NCBI GenBank assembly: GCA_002269645.1 | Contig: NIVC01001140.1 | Location: 97,529 to 161,528, forward strand | From: Macrostomum lignano | Taxonomy: Eukaryota | Length of the DNA: 64,000 nt | Direction: 5' to 3' | Shown: piece by piece, positions 1 to 10,072 of the stretch | Layout of the letters: each line of letters starts with the position of its first letter | How positions within the stretch are numbered: the first letter of the stretch is position 1 | The notes under the pieces: model-generated | Told to the model about the DNA's origin: nothing | Seen by the model: only the letters and a program-made list of their open reading frames with translations | The model's database searches: none | Program-made: the position numbers and the translations under genes

Positions 1-2601
1 CAGACAGCAGTACATGGGCAGCACAATGCGACGGAAGGCCCTGGACGATGTGCGCAGGCGCAGCGAGAAGTACAGCACGGCAGCGCAAAGGCTGCAGCAG
101 ATGCACATGTACACCTGGCGCCAGTACTGCAGCAGAGAGGGCAATCAGTTGTTTAGTGAACACTTGCATATCAGATATAAAACGGCCCATTGAACTGCTT
201 TTGAAGCTAAGGGGGTGATGGTGGGAGCATTTTATAAGCTCGAAAGTAGTTGCATCGTCTAAAAATGCTGCTTGATGAAAATTTTAAGGATTTTGACTAT
301 GTAAAATTTATAGCTTCTGGATTCGACCGCAATTTTTGCTTTTGGCGATGTGAAATTTCTAGCTTGTGAAGTTTTGATCGCATCAAATTCACTGCCTTCG
401 AGGATGTGAACTTTTTGAGCCTGCAAAGACTGCCGGTGCATCTTACCGGATGGCAGCGGAATCCGAAGTGCACCGCGGGCAAGTAGCAGCCGACGATGCC
501 AACGCAGATGCCGGCCTGGTCCAGCGCCAGCCAGCGCTTGAACGCCCGCTGGGAGTGGCAGCGAAACGTGTGGTAGCCGGCCGAGAGCAGCATGCACGCC
601 TGAGGGGCGGGGCGCAGTGAGGCATTGTGAATGAAATGCTTTAATAATCTGTTCTGATTTTGGTCCTTCCTTTCTATTGGGTTCGACAATGCTTTCAGCG
701 ACGATAAAGTTGACAAGTTGGACAAGTTGACAAAGCAAAGTCAGGTCGAACAAAGTCAGGTTGAAGTTTACCCAACAGTGTTGCCAAATCTGAGACTGGG
801 TTGAAGGGCCGACTAGCCGTAGGCTTGAACATGTGGTCTAATAGGGAGTATCTTATGTGCGGATTGACTTGATGTGTCTGAGGCGTCGCCTGCTAATTGC
901 CAATCAATAAGGGCTCGATATCCGGAGTCCAGCGATGTAGGAGGGGAGGGGCGAGGAGGCAAGAGAGATTCTTACTCAAATATGAGCTCAGTTTTATGCA
1001 TGTCTTTCAGCTGTTGGCGGTCGCATATGGGGAAAATCAGCTGATAAGAAGTGCATTGAGAAGCGCAGATAGACAATAAAAATGGATTACACCTGCCCAG
1101 TTGGGTCAGATGTGCAACCGACAGCTCAGCCGCAGCTATTGCACGGCGCATCTGAAGGCTGCGTACGGCTGCTCAATCCAAAGACTGGGGGGGGGGGGGG
1201 GGGTCCGCCACACACGCTCAATTGCCCCAGCTAATTCTGGTACCCATTTTACAGCTGAGTGGACTGAAGCAATGCAGAGTTATCTGTAAGTGTCTAGCTC
1301 AATTGCACAAATTGTTCCAGTACGATCGGGAATCGAACCCTCGACCTTCAAGTCGTGAGTCAAATGCTCTAACCACTAGGCTACACCCCATTGCAGATAG
1401 AAACAGCTAAATTTCACCAATTCAGTGCCAGCGCCAACCCAGGAGGCTCCCCAGGCTCACCTGAAAGCAGAGCAGGGAAGCGGCCGTTACGACTCTGTCG
1501 CTGCGCTGCTCACCCCGAAGCCAGACAGGCTCGCAGAGATCCATCAGCATGAGCACAAAGAATAGAAAGAATGCCAGCAGATGTGACCAGATGTTGACTG
1601 TCTCATTGGTCCACAGGAACATGCTGGCAATGGTGCAAGTAGGCGAAAATGCATGCAATTCAGAATAAACACTGGCGACCATCAGCCCATTTCGCCAACC
1701 CCTGAGCAGACGACGGCTCAGCGCACACGCTGCATCTCGGATTCTCGGTGGTTGGACGTCATGAGTAAAACAAATCGCCCACCTCCTGGCCAGCATTGCT
1801 GCGCCAACTCCAAAATTAATTTGGACGTGCAGCGAAATCGAATCAGGGAACTCCAAAGTGTACTGGCGAAATAGGAATGCTTCAGTTGTTGGCACAAAAG
1901 AATATACTTCCCAACAACTTTCTAAGATCATTTTAAAGCCGTTTAAAATCAATTCTAAGCCATTATGCGTTTGGCCCGATGCGGTTTCACAAGCTTACCG
2001 ACTGTCATTTCGGAAAGATCACTACTGCAGACTGACAAACTGGCCTACCTCTCCAATGTGCTTCTTTCTAAACGGATTTTCTCGACTAACTGCTCCAGTT
2101 CGAAAGTTGTCCATGGAACCCCCATTTGCAGATGGAATGCAGTCAAATAATTCGTGTAGAAACTCTCAGTACTTCTGTTTCATTCCGATTTATCTTCAGA
2201 ATTCTAAACTTATCAGCCTCCAATCAGACAGCAACTTAATATGTATATTGGAAGTTCACACGATGATAAAATCCCTAGCTATTGCCCCGTCTCAAAGCGA
2301 AACCAGGTCTCCGAAAATTATTTCATAAATTTGAGTTGTGGCAGGCAACTCACCTCTTGAGGCACTGGAAGGCAGTCAGGTAGCTCGTGTAGCCATTTCT
2401 CAGATAGGCATTGTGCTGCAGGAAATGCGGTACATCGTCCAGCCTTCTTACTACAATTGGGTCGCCCTGGCAGGAGGCTGGTAGGCTGCAGCGCTTCAAC
2501 CTGAACAGGTCCTCCTCATTGACCTCCACATCCAGAATGAGGCAGCGGGATGAGCCATTGCGGCCTGCATGCTTGTACTCTGTGCGGACTGAGGCTGGCA
2601 T
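1..2601 (-). CDS. PAQR3: PAQR3-like progestin/adipoQ receptor; exons 2601-2355, 1623-1461, 599-447, 114-<1 (3' end outside window)
   Basis: Spliced translation gives ...HNAYLRNGYTSYLTAFQCLK|SMFLWTNETVNIWSHLLAFFLF...CFQ|ACMLLSAGYHTFRCHSQRAFKRWLALDQAGICVGIVGCY, matching PAQR3 hallmarks (NETVNIWSH, YH-x-F-x-CH, W-x-ALD-x-AGI). GT/AG boundaries keep the frame. Confidence 0.9.
1100..1390 (-). mobile_element. tRNA-derived SINE with CORE-like central domain, in PAQR3 intron 2
   Basis: Minus strand has a Pol III A box TAGCCTAGTGG (1383-1373) and B box GGTTCGATTCC (1339-1329), then a CORE-like ...GACACTTAC...CTCAGCTGTAAAATGGGTACC segment and a G17 run at 1187-1203. The 3' boundary is approximate. Confidence 0.7.
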
Positions 2602-3906
2602 GGCTGCAGAGAGGAAGACAGGGTAGCTTAGCTGAACCTCTAAGGCAGGTGTGCACTCAAGTATTAGCAATGTTGGCATTCATCTAACAAGTGGGCTTTT
2701 GAAAAATGAAATAGATGGAACCTTTATATGCAAATACTAATATGCAGTAGAATTCAGTTATTAAAGCAGCCAATGCTACACATGTTTTCCTTAATTTATG
2801 AATAATATAAATCATATTCATACATTAGATATCCTTGGCACCAAAGCTCATTTGACAAATTGTAGCTTAATATGAATATTAAGATGCTCCATTAAATATA
2901 CTTTAAACTTTCTATTCTCATCTTAAAAAATGTTAGAATTTGATAATGCCTATAATTATTTTATCTTTTTAATTATTTACATTTAATAATCCAAGGTGAT
3001 AACCTTGGAAAAACTACTTTTCTAATTTAGACTTTTTGTGGTATAAATTTCAATATCAATCTATTATATAGCTTATATTGATCTACCACAATACACATTG
3101 CATGCCATTTGTGTATGCTCATAACTACACTTTCTTCAGTTGCACAGATATTTAAAAATAAAATGCATCTTGTGTATGCTGACATTTTTAAATGCATGCC
3201 AGAAAATTTTGGCATGCACTATATCTTCTAGAGATAGGTATATACCATAGTCTGGATCATGCTAGATGCACATCTAAACAAAAATTGATAATTATAAATG
3301 CACGCCAAAAAAATTAAGTGTATGCCCATTTTTAAAACTCCACTAATGTTGCAACATATGACCTTTTTTATGTTATAACAAAAATGACATTTTTCAAGTC
3401 AATGCGTAATAAATCTTTTTAACAGATAATTTGGTTAATTTTCCTGCTTTTTGGCAAAACTATTTATAGTGGAAAATTGATATATGCAAAGATTTTTTTA
3501 AATGCCTTATTGTGAGCTTATAAACCCAGAAAGTAGGAAATTTACATTCAAAAATAAACTTTTTTCACTTTTTTTCTACTTCACAATAACTTTTCTACAA
3601 TTCTATAAAGTGCACGCAAGGTGTATTTTCTTAGGAATGATGCACACCAACTGTGCATGCCTACTTTTGGCATGCAAGGCCAATGCACGCCTAAATTTTT
3701 GGGCATATACTACATGATCTAGAGTGTGGGGTGTATATAGTGTGCAAGACAAAAATTCTTATATGCATAGTGTTTACTTGGGATTATGTATAGCAACCAA
3801 ATGATGCTCCTAAAGTTTAAAACATTTTAACTACTTTATATGTCTAGGCCTAGGCCTATTGCCTATAATATAATGTTAGAGGGCCTATTCTATAGTATAA
3901 AGTATC

Positions 3907-4836
3907 GGCTATCCTTCAGCTTTGTTCGTTTATTTATTCTCAAACTATAATATTATTTTTTACATCTTTTTCAGCATGGCAGGTTGCCCATCTGCTCCGA
4001 CGACGATTGTCCCACCAGCTGAGGTCAGGCCAACGACTGACCTATGCGATCTTCCATTCATGAAGATGCGTGACCTCACTATCCTGACTACTGACATGCA
4101 ATCTGTGATACGCTGGCTGGCAAAGTATCGGCTGCTGCCCAACGAGCGCCAGTGCCACAACGACAACTGCCCTACAACACCCCAAATGTGGCTTCAACAT
4201 CGTCAAGGTGATTGTTACGTTGATGGCTAGGCCTGGGCCTGCAAGGACTGCTGCGCTCAGGAGTCCATCAGGAAGGGCTTGTTCTTTGAGCGTAGCCACC
4301 TGCAGCTAACCCAACTGGGACTTCCTGTACTGGTGGGCCCTCAAGACACCGATGAAGGACACCATGCGGCAATGCAACTTGACGGCATGGGCCATAGCTG
4401 TCAATTGGGCCAACTTCTGCCGTGATGTCTGTGCCCAAGTCCTGATTGACCACCCCATGCAGCTCGGTGGCCCAAATGTGGAAGTCGAGGTGGACAAGTC
4501 TAAGTTCTTCCACCGCAAGTACCACGTTGGCAATTACCGTGAGGGCCACTGGGTGCTTGGCATGGTCGAGAGGAACAGCAACAAGTGCATGATGGTCATT
4601 GTCCCTGATCGACGTGCCCAGACACTGCTGCCCATCATGCCTGGTTCTTGGGTGCTGACCAACAGGTGGCAGGCCTACAATGGCCTTGCCATAGCTGGCT
4701 ATGCCCATGCCACCATCTTGTTTCGTGTTGCGACAATCGTCGTTGAAGCAGATAGTCTACCTGCCATGCTGAAAAAGAGGTAAAAAATAATATTATAGTT
4801 TGAAAATAATTAAACAAACAAAACTGAAGGATAGCC
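3907..4836 (+). mobile_element. Merlin (IS1016/ISXO2-like) DNA transposon, internally deleted and non-autonomous
   Basis: 105-bp TIRs (3907-4011 / 4732-4836, about 10 mismatches) starting GGCTATCC. Identical 8-bp TSD AAAGTATC at 3899-3906 and 4837-4844. Merlin transposase remnants lie inside. Confidence 0.92.
3976..4724 (+). pseudogene. Merlin/ISXO2-type transposase pseudogene
   Basis: N-terminal Zn-ribbon-like part (QC..NC...DG*AWACKDC..ESIRKGLFFERSHL) with an in-frame TAG at 4228-4230 and a frameshift. Then LGGPNVEVEVDKSKFFHRKYHVG...HWVLGMVER...VPDRRAQTLLPIM, where the catalytic EIDES/SDxW motifs have degenerated to VDKS/TNRW. The C-terminal part is missing. Confidence 0.85.
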
Positions 4837-6224
4837 AAAGTATCATATCATATTGGTACTGTTGAGTTGACACAATTTACTAGGCCTAGCCTACTGAATA
4901 CTCCCAGATTACTATAACCTTTGGAAAACATAGTTAAAGTTATAGAGTTGCAAAACTTTCCAATACATTTATAACTTATTTGTATAATATATTTTTCCTA
5001 AGGCCAAGGGCCCAAGGGGCATAGACACTTGGGCTTTTCACAAAGATTGGTTCTAGAACCAGAATAATTCCAATTCCAAAACTAGAATCTGTAGGAAAAT
5101 GAAAAGCCTCAAACCGATTTTATGTTTGTCAGTCTTACAATTTAATTTAATTTTGTCCTTCACTTTACTTGACTTTGTTTCTCCTCTTGTGGATATAAGA
5201 AAAACAATAATAATAAAACAATAAAAAATTAATGATTTAAAATATATTTTACTGTTAAAGTAGCCTATAATAACTTTATAAGTACTTTAAGCTACCTAGA
5301 CTTTGTGCTAGGCCTACTTGAAATTGAAACTGCTTACTAGGCAGGCCTACTTTAATTTTACTTACCTAAATGGGTAACTGGCTAACTTCTAATCTGAAAT
5401 CTGAATTTTTCCAGTTTTCGCATTTCCTCGAAACTCATTTCATCATTTCATATCTGCTCTACACCGTTTATAACGACAACAAGAGCTTTCTATAGTGCTA
5501 GAAATGAGCATAATTTCTAAAAGAAATTAAAAACCTGTTCATATTGTGATGAATAAGGCGAATAAGACGGATTTGTGTAGCGGTTAATTTAGATAGTTCA
5601 CGATTAGTTAGCAGATCGGCAAGCCGCTTTAACCCTTAGACTTTTGCTAGTGCTACTTAAAATTGCTGGATCAGTTAATTATAACTAATTGGTGTGCCAA
5701 GGTAGACGGCGGAAGAGTTGGTGTAAGGAGGCCAGACAGCGTCACAGCTAAGGGTTAGCGAGCCTAGGTCGAGAAGCGAAGCAAGGGGAAGGGCGAGAGC
5801 GGCTGCTGACTGTAGTGTAAGCATATATTTAAAGGTAAACAGATAACAACACCCTTAATCCAAAACCCAGACAAACAACCCCCCACGCGGCGCGCAATGT
5901 ACATGTACAAATTAATCGATAAATATATCATGCAAGAATAACTTACGTCAGTACAAGTACATAGGTAGAACTACTTTATGAGAAATAATAACGATATGAA
6001 TGAAATACAAATAACGGAATAAATACATACGAGGCTACAAAAACAAAGCAATTAACAGTAAAAATAGCGCGATAATAATACGAACGAATATTGTTAAAAT
6101 AAATGAAAGAATACAGTAGTAGTACGGTATGCATATGAAAATAAAGAAATACGATACACGCTTCTACGAATCACACTGTCACAATATATTTGCTTACAAA
6201 AATAAATGAAAAAAACTAAAAATT

Positions 6225-6379
6225 AAATATTTACATTTCAGAATCATAGCGCGGTTCTGGAGCCGATAATCAAAGCCTATCATCGCTTTTGGCCTATTAA
6301 GGCCTATTACATGTAGTTGCCAAATAGGCTTTGATTATCGGCTCCAGAATCGCGCTATGAAACTGAAATGTAAATATTT
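6225..6379. repeat. Inverted repeat (56-bp arms, 43-nt spacer)
   Basis: 6225-6280 is the reverse complement of 6324-6379 with 3 mismatches. Confidence 0.85.
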
Positions 6380-9300
6380 TTTAACATATTTCTCATGAAA
6401 TAGATAGCGTTTTTCTCGGGGTGGCCTGGTAGGTCTTTGAATCCCACCGCTGCCACCAGTGAAATAGATAGCGTTTTTCTCGGGGTGGCCTGGTAGGTCT
6501 TTGAATCCCACCGCTGCCACCAGTGTTGTACCTGTGGTTGTCCTGCTGTACAGCGCAGTGACTTGGGCTCCGTCCTCTCACTTAGAAGCCTTCTTAACTT
6601 TAGTAGCGTAGGTAGTGCTGCCACCAGTTCCTTCAGGTCCCGGCGTTGCCGCGGGAGCTCTCGGTTGACCTGAGCGCTCAGTGCCACGTTTATCTGCTGA
6701 GCGCTCTCTGCCGCAGGCGACTGCAGGCGCCGTACCGTGGTCCGATTCCCCGAGTTCGTGAGATCACTAAAGATCTCACGCTGGGCCCTGGCGATCTGGC
6801 AAGGTCCTGTACCTCGCCGGCGGGCCTCGGGCAGGGACCATCGCTCTGGCGGCGGCGAGCGTCGACGCGGTGGCTGCTCAGGCTGCGCTGGCCTGCCCAA
6901 TGGCCTGCCCACACGGGTCAGGACTGGTCGACGTGGGGCATCAGGTGGCCCGCCAAACGGCTCGTATTGGCCGGCCATGGCCCCAATTGGTCGAGCGTAG
7001 GAGGCCGGCGACTCCATCCTAGGCCGGTTGCGGCGGGAAGAGGCTCGGTCCTCTTCAGTTGGCGAGCGCTCAGTGCGCTTGAAGGATCGGCGGTGCATTT
7101 CTGCGCTGGAATGCGTTTTAATTTGCGAGCGGATGCGGGCGATGCTGCTAACATAAGTCTTGGCCCTAGGATTAATAACCAGCCTCTCAGGCTGCCTACG
7201 GTTCCTAGCCGGCCTACCGGCATCTACCGATTCTAATGACGCTTCCACCGGAGTGGTGCATAACGACGGCCCAGGGGTCTGGACCACAGCAAAAGCAGCA
7301 CTGGGAGCGGGAGCAGAAACGGGAGGAAAAGAAACAGCAGGCATAGACGCATCGAGAACAGGCTTATGCAGATGGCATTCACCATACGGCACTGGCTCAC
7401 GCCGAAGTGCACTTGCCTGGTTCGCTGGTGTCGTGACCGGTCCACCTCCTGGCTGCACCTCCGGGATCGCCACAGGCCGGAAGTGCCATCGGAAGGCCGG
7501 CCTTGCGTCGTAGCCGTCATCATCGTCATCGTCGGGGTCGTCCTGGTCGTCCTCGGGAATCGGCGTCAGGGTCGCGGGTCCTGCGCCGTCGGGGACGTCG
7601 GGCGGCCGCCGGCGTTTTTTTGGTTTGTCGACTTCAGGGTCCGAAGTTCTCGTGTAGTCAGCGTCAGGCACGAGCAGAAGGTTCCGGCGATGGACGACTA
7701 GTTCGTCTCGTCTAGCTCTCGGGTTGGGCAGTCTCCGTCGAATCTTGTAGACGACCTCGCCCTTGGGCTCGACGACTTCGTACAGTGCTTTGCGCGGTCG
7801 ATGAAACTTCGCCGCCTCGTCCGGTTCAAGCACCGGATTGTTGAGGAAGACCAGATCACCGGGTTGAAGCTTCTTGGCGGCGGGCAGGTTCGAATAGTGC
7901 TCGTCTCGCAGTTGCTGGTGCAGATGCAGGCGCTCCTTGGCTAGCTCAGTCGCCTCGTCCAGGCGACGTTGGAAGTCCTTGACGTAGTCGGGCAGGTCGG
8001 CGTACTCGGGCAGCTTCTTCAGCGCGTTGTCGATCGGGAGTCGGAAGTCACGGCCGAACACCAGGTAGTGAGGCGTGAAGCCGGTCACCGGGTGCACGCT
8101 GGAGCGGAGAGCCATCAGACAGGCCGGGAGGAAGGTGTCCCAGTCGTTGTGGTTGCGCTCGAGCAGACAGGTGAGGACACTCTTCAGCTGCTTGTTGAGG
8201 TTCTCGACTTGTCCATTGGAAGCTGGATTGTACGGTGTTGTTGTCGTATGCCGAATGCCAAACAGGTCGCAGAACTTCTTGAAGGCCGAGCCGGTGAAGT
8301 TGGTGCCTTGGTCGGTGTGGATCCAGCATGGTACACCGAACTCAGGGATGAAGCGCTCCTGCAGAAGCTTGATGACTGTTTTGGCTTTCTGGTTTCTCAT
8401 CGGGTAGGCGAATGGATACTTCGACGTCGCATCGCACAAGGTCAGGATGTAGCGGTTACCGCTCTTGCTCTTCTGCGCGATTGGTCCTACTACATCACAG
8501 TGGATTCTACCCAGAACTTCGCAAACTGGGAAGCTCTGGACCGGAACTCTCTCTCGCCGTCGCGATTTACTTTCAAGGCAAGTGCGGCACTTACTGATGA
8601 AGGTCTTGGTAGCACGGGCTAATCCGGGTCTCCAGAACCGTTCTCGTAGCCGCAGTAACGTCTTCGTCTCGCCGAGGTGTCCACACAGTGGCGAACTGTG
8701 GAGCTCCTGGAGCACCTGGGCGTCAAGGGCCTCAGGCAGAACAACCTTTGGCGGCTGCTGGCCATCGGACAGGTCAATCAGCAGCAGGCCGTTGTCCTCC
8801 TGCAGGTTCTCGTAGTATCCGAGCAGATTCCGCTGCTCCTTCGTCAGGCGCAACCGGGCGTCGAACTCAGGCTTCGGGGCTTCGTCCTTGACCAGGTTGA
8901 GCACATAGCTGATGGCTCGGTCAGCGCGTTGGGCGTTAACGAACTGTTGGCGAGTCATCGGCAGCTTCAGAAAATCAGAGAGCACGGCGCGGCATGGCTG
9001 AGGGGTCCGGATTCCCGCAGTCTCCGCTTTAATGGCTCCAGGTCGATCACACGGCACCGTCTTGTCGGCGTCAGGATTAGGTCGCTCCGAGGGACTTTGT
9101 CTCACAACGTCGGCGTACGTCCGTTGATCTCGAATCGAAGTTCTCTTCATTGCTCTCATGACAGAAGATTCCGCAGATGGAGCAGCGCGCATGCCTCCAC
9201 TGCATAGCACAGGCGACTCTTGGCTGTAGGGCGGGACGCAACACGTGAAGCACGCCTCGTCGCAGGCAGCCGTAGCCGTCGGCTCAGTCGTCGTCAAAAT

Positions 9301-9885
9301 TGGGTGAGTCTTCTCCAGCACTGGGCGGTGTCGCAGAGGGGGACTCGACTTTCCGCACAGGCGATGAGCAGCTGTCTGTCGGCCCGGGGGACAGAGCTTC
9401 GACCTTGCAGCTGGCGCGAGATTCTGGCCTCTGTCAACACGGCGAGAAATCTCAGCGAAAGGCTCGGAAGGGTTGTAGTTAAATTGCTTGCCTGGAGTTG
9501 CGTGGCGGGCCGTCATCAGAAGGGCTGCTGGCGCGGTGGCCTTTGAATCTTGGTCCGTGGGCGTCTCCAGATTCCGAGACCGGAAGTCTTGGGCGTTGTC
9601 AAGGAGGTCTGCGTCAGCGGTGGCCTCTAGGACTTCGTCCAGGTTGGTCTCCAAGTTGCGGTAGGCGGCATGGGCATCGCGGCAGAGGGCTGTTGTCGCA
9701 GTGGCCTCTGAGTTGTCGTCCAGGCCGGTCTCCAGGCGTTGACTGCAGCGGTGGGCGTCGTGCTGGAAGGCTGCTGGCGCGGTGGCTTCCAGGTCTTCGT
9801 CCAGGTCAGTCTTGGCCTCCAAGCAGCGAGAGTGGACTGTCTTCTGGAGGGCTGCTTTGGCAGTGGCCTCGGGTGTCGGGTCCAA
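6355..9885 (-). CDS. Gypsy pol, 3' part: long RH-IN linker, integrase and long C-terminal extension reading through the LTR remnant
   Basis: HHCC (LHSSPLCGHLG...CRTC) and DDE core (IHCDVVGP, IHTDQG, NGQVENLN). Joined to the RNase H frame only through frameshifts near 9990-10100. Confidence 0.88.
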   Translation of the reverse strand: MDPTPEATAKAALQKTVHSRCLEAKTDLDEDLEATAPAAFQHDAHRCSQRLETGLDDNSEATATTALCRDAHAAYRNLETNLDEVLEATADADLLDNAQDFRSRNLETPTDQDSKATAPAALLMTARHATPGKQFNYNPSEPFAEISRRVDRGQNLAPAARSKLCPPGRQTAAHRLCGKSSPPLRHRPVLEKTHPILTTTEPTATAACDEACFTCCVPPYSQESPVLCSGGMRAAPSAESSVMRAMKRTSIRDQRTYADVVRQSPSERPNPDADKTVPCDRPGAIKAETAGIRTPQPCRAVLSDFLKLPMTRQQFVNAQRADRAISYVLNLVKDEAPKPEFDARLRLTKEQRNLLGYYENLQEDNGLLLIDLSDGQQPPKVVLPEALDAQVLQELHSSPLCGHLGETKTLLRLRERFWRPGLARATKTFISKCRTCLESKSRRRERVPVQSFPVCEVLGRIHCDVVGPIAQKSKSGNRYILTLCDATSKYPFAYPMRNQKAKTVIKLLQERFIPEFGVPCWIHTDQGTNFTGSAFKKFCDLFGIRHTTTTPYNPASNGQVENLNKQLKSVLTCLLERNHNDWDTFLPACLMALRSSVHPVTGFTPHYLVFGRDFRLPIDNALKKLPEYADLPDYVKDFQRRLDEATELAKERLHLHQQLRDEHYSNLPAAKKLQPGDLVFLNNPVLEPDEAAKFHRPRKALYEVVEPKGEVVYKIRRRLPNPRARRDELVVHRRNLLLVPDADYTRTSDPEVDKPKKRRRPPDVPDGAGPATLTPIPEDDQDDPDDDDDDGYDARPAFRWHFRPVAIPEVQPGGGPVTTPANQASALRREPVPYGECHLHKPVLDASMPAVSFPPVSAPAPSAAFAVVQTPGPSLCTTPVEASLESVDAGRPARNRRQPERLVINPRAKTYVSSIARIRSQIKTHSSAEMHRRSFKRTERSPTEEDRASSRRNRPRMESPASYARPIGAMAGQYEPFGGPPDAPRRPVLTRVGRPLGRPAQPEQPPRRRSPPPERWSLPEARRRGTGPCQIARAQREIFSDLTNSGNRTTVRRLQSPAAESAQQINVALSAQVNRELPRQRRDLKELVAALPTLLKLRRLLSERTEPKSLRCTAGQPQVQHWWQRWDSKTYQATPRKTLSISLVAAVGFKDLPGHPEKNAIYFMRNMLKNIYISVS
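6396..6644 (-). repeat. 3' LTR remnant (last 249 bp of the LTR only)
   Basis: Near-identical to 13494-13742. Homology stops at 6644 and no polypurine tract is seen upstream. Confidence 0.85.
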
Positions 9886-10072
9886 ATCCGGTTCCAGGTC
9901 GTGGTCGTCACCGGGTCGGGCTGTAGAACCAGGTTGCTCTAGCAGTCGGCCATGCTCGAAGGAGATCGGCGGCGCCTCCGGTCTCTTGACAGGGCATCAG
10001 CGTTGGCGTGGTCCTTGCCTTTGCGGTGGTTGAGCTGGAAGCGGAACTCGCTTAGGCGTTCGATCCAGCGGC

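Noticed and set aside
1316-1390. Functional tRNA gene
   Set aside because: It has A/B boxes but no convincing acceptor stem, and it continues into a SINE body.
3027-3760. MITE related to 42500-43050 (GTGCAC/ATGCAT-rich)
   Set aside because: Similarity is only impressionistic, and no TIR or TSD could be defined by eye.
6439-6522. tRNA-Leu genes or fragments on the plus strand
   Set aside because: Only the last 20 nt including encoded CCA are present, in LTR context. They are better explained as PBS copies on the minus strand.
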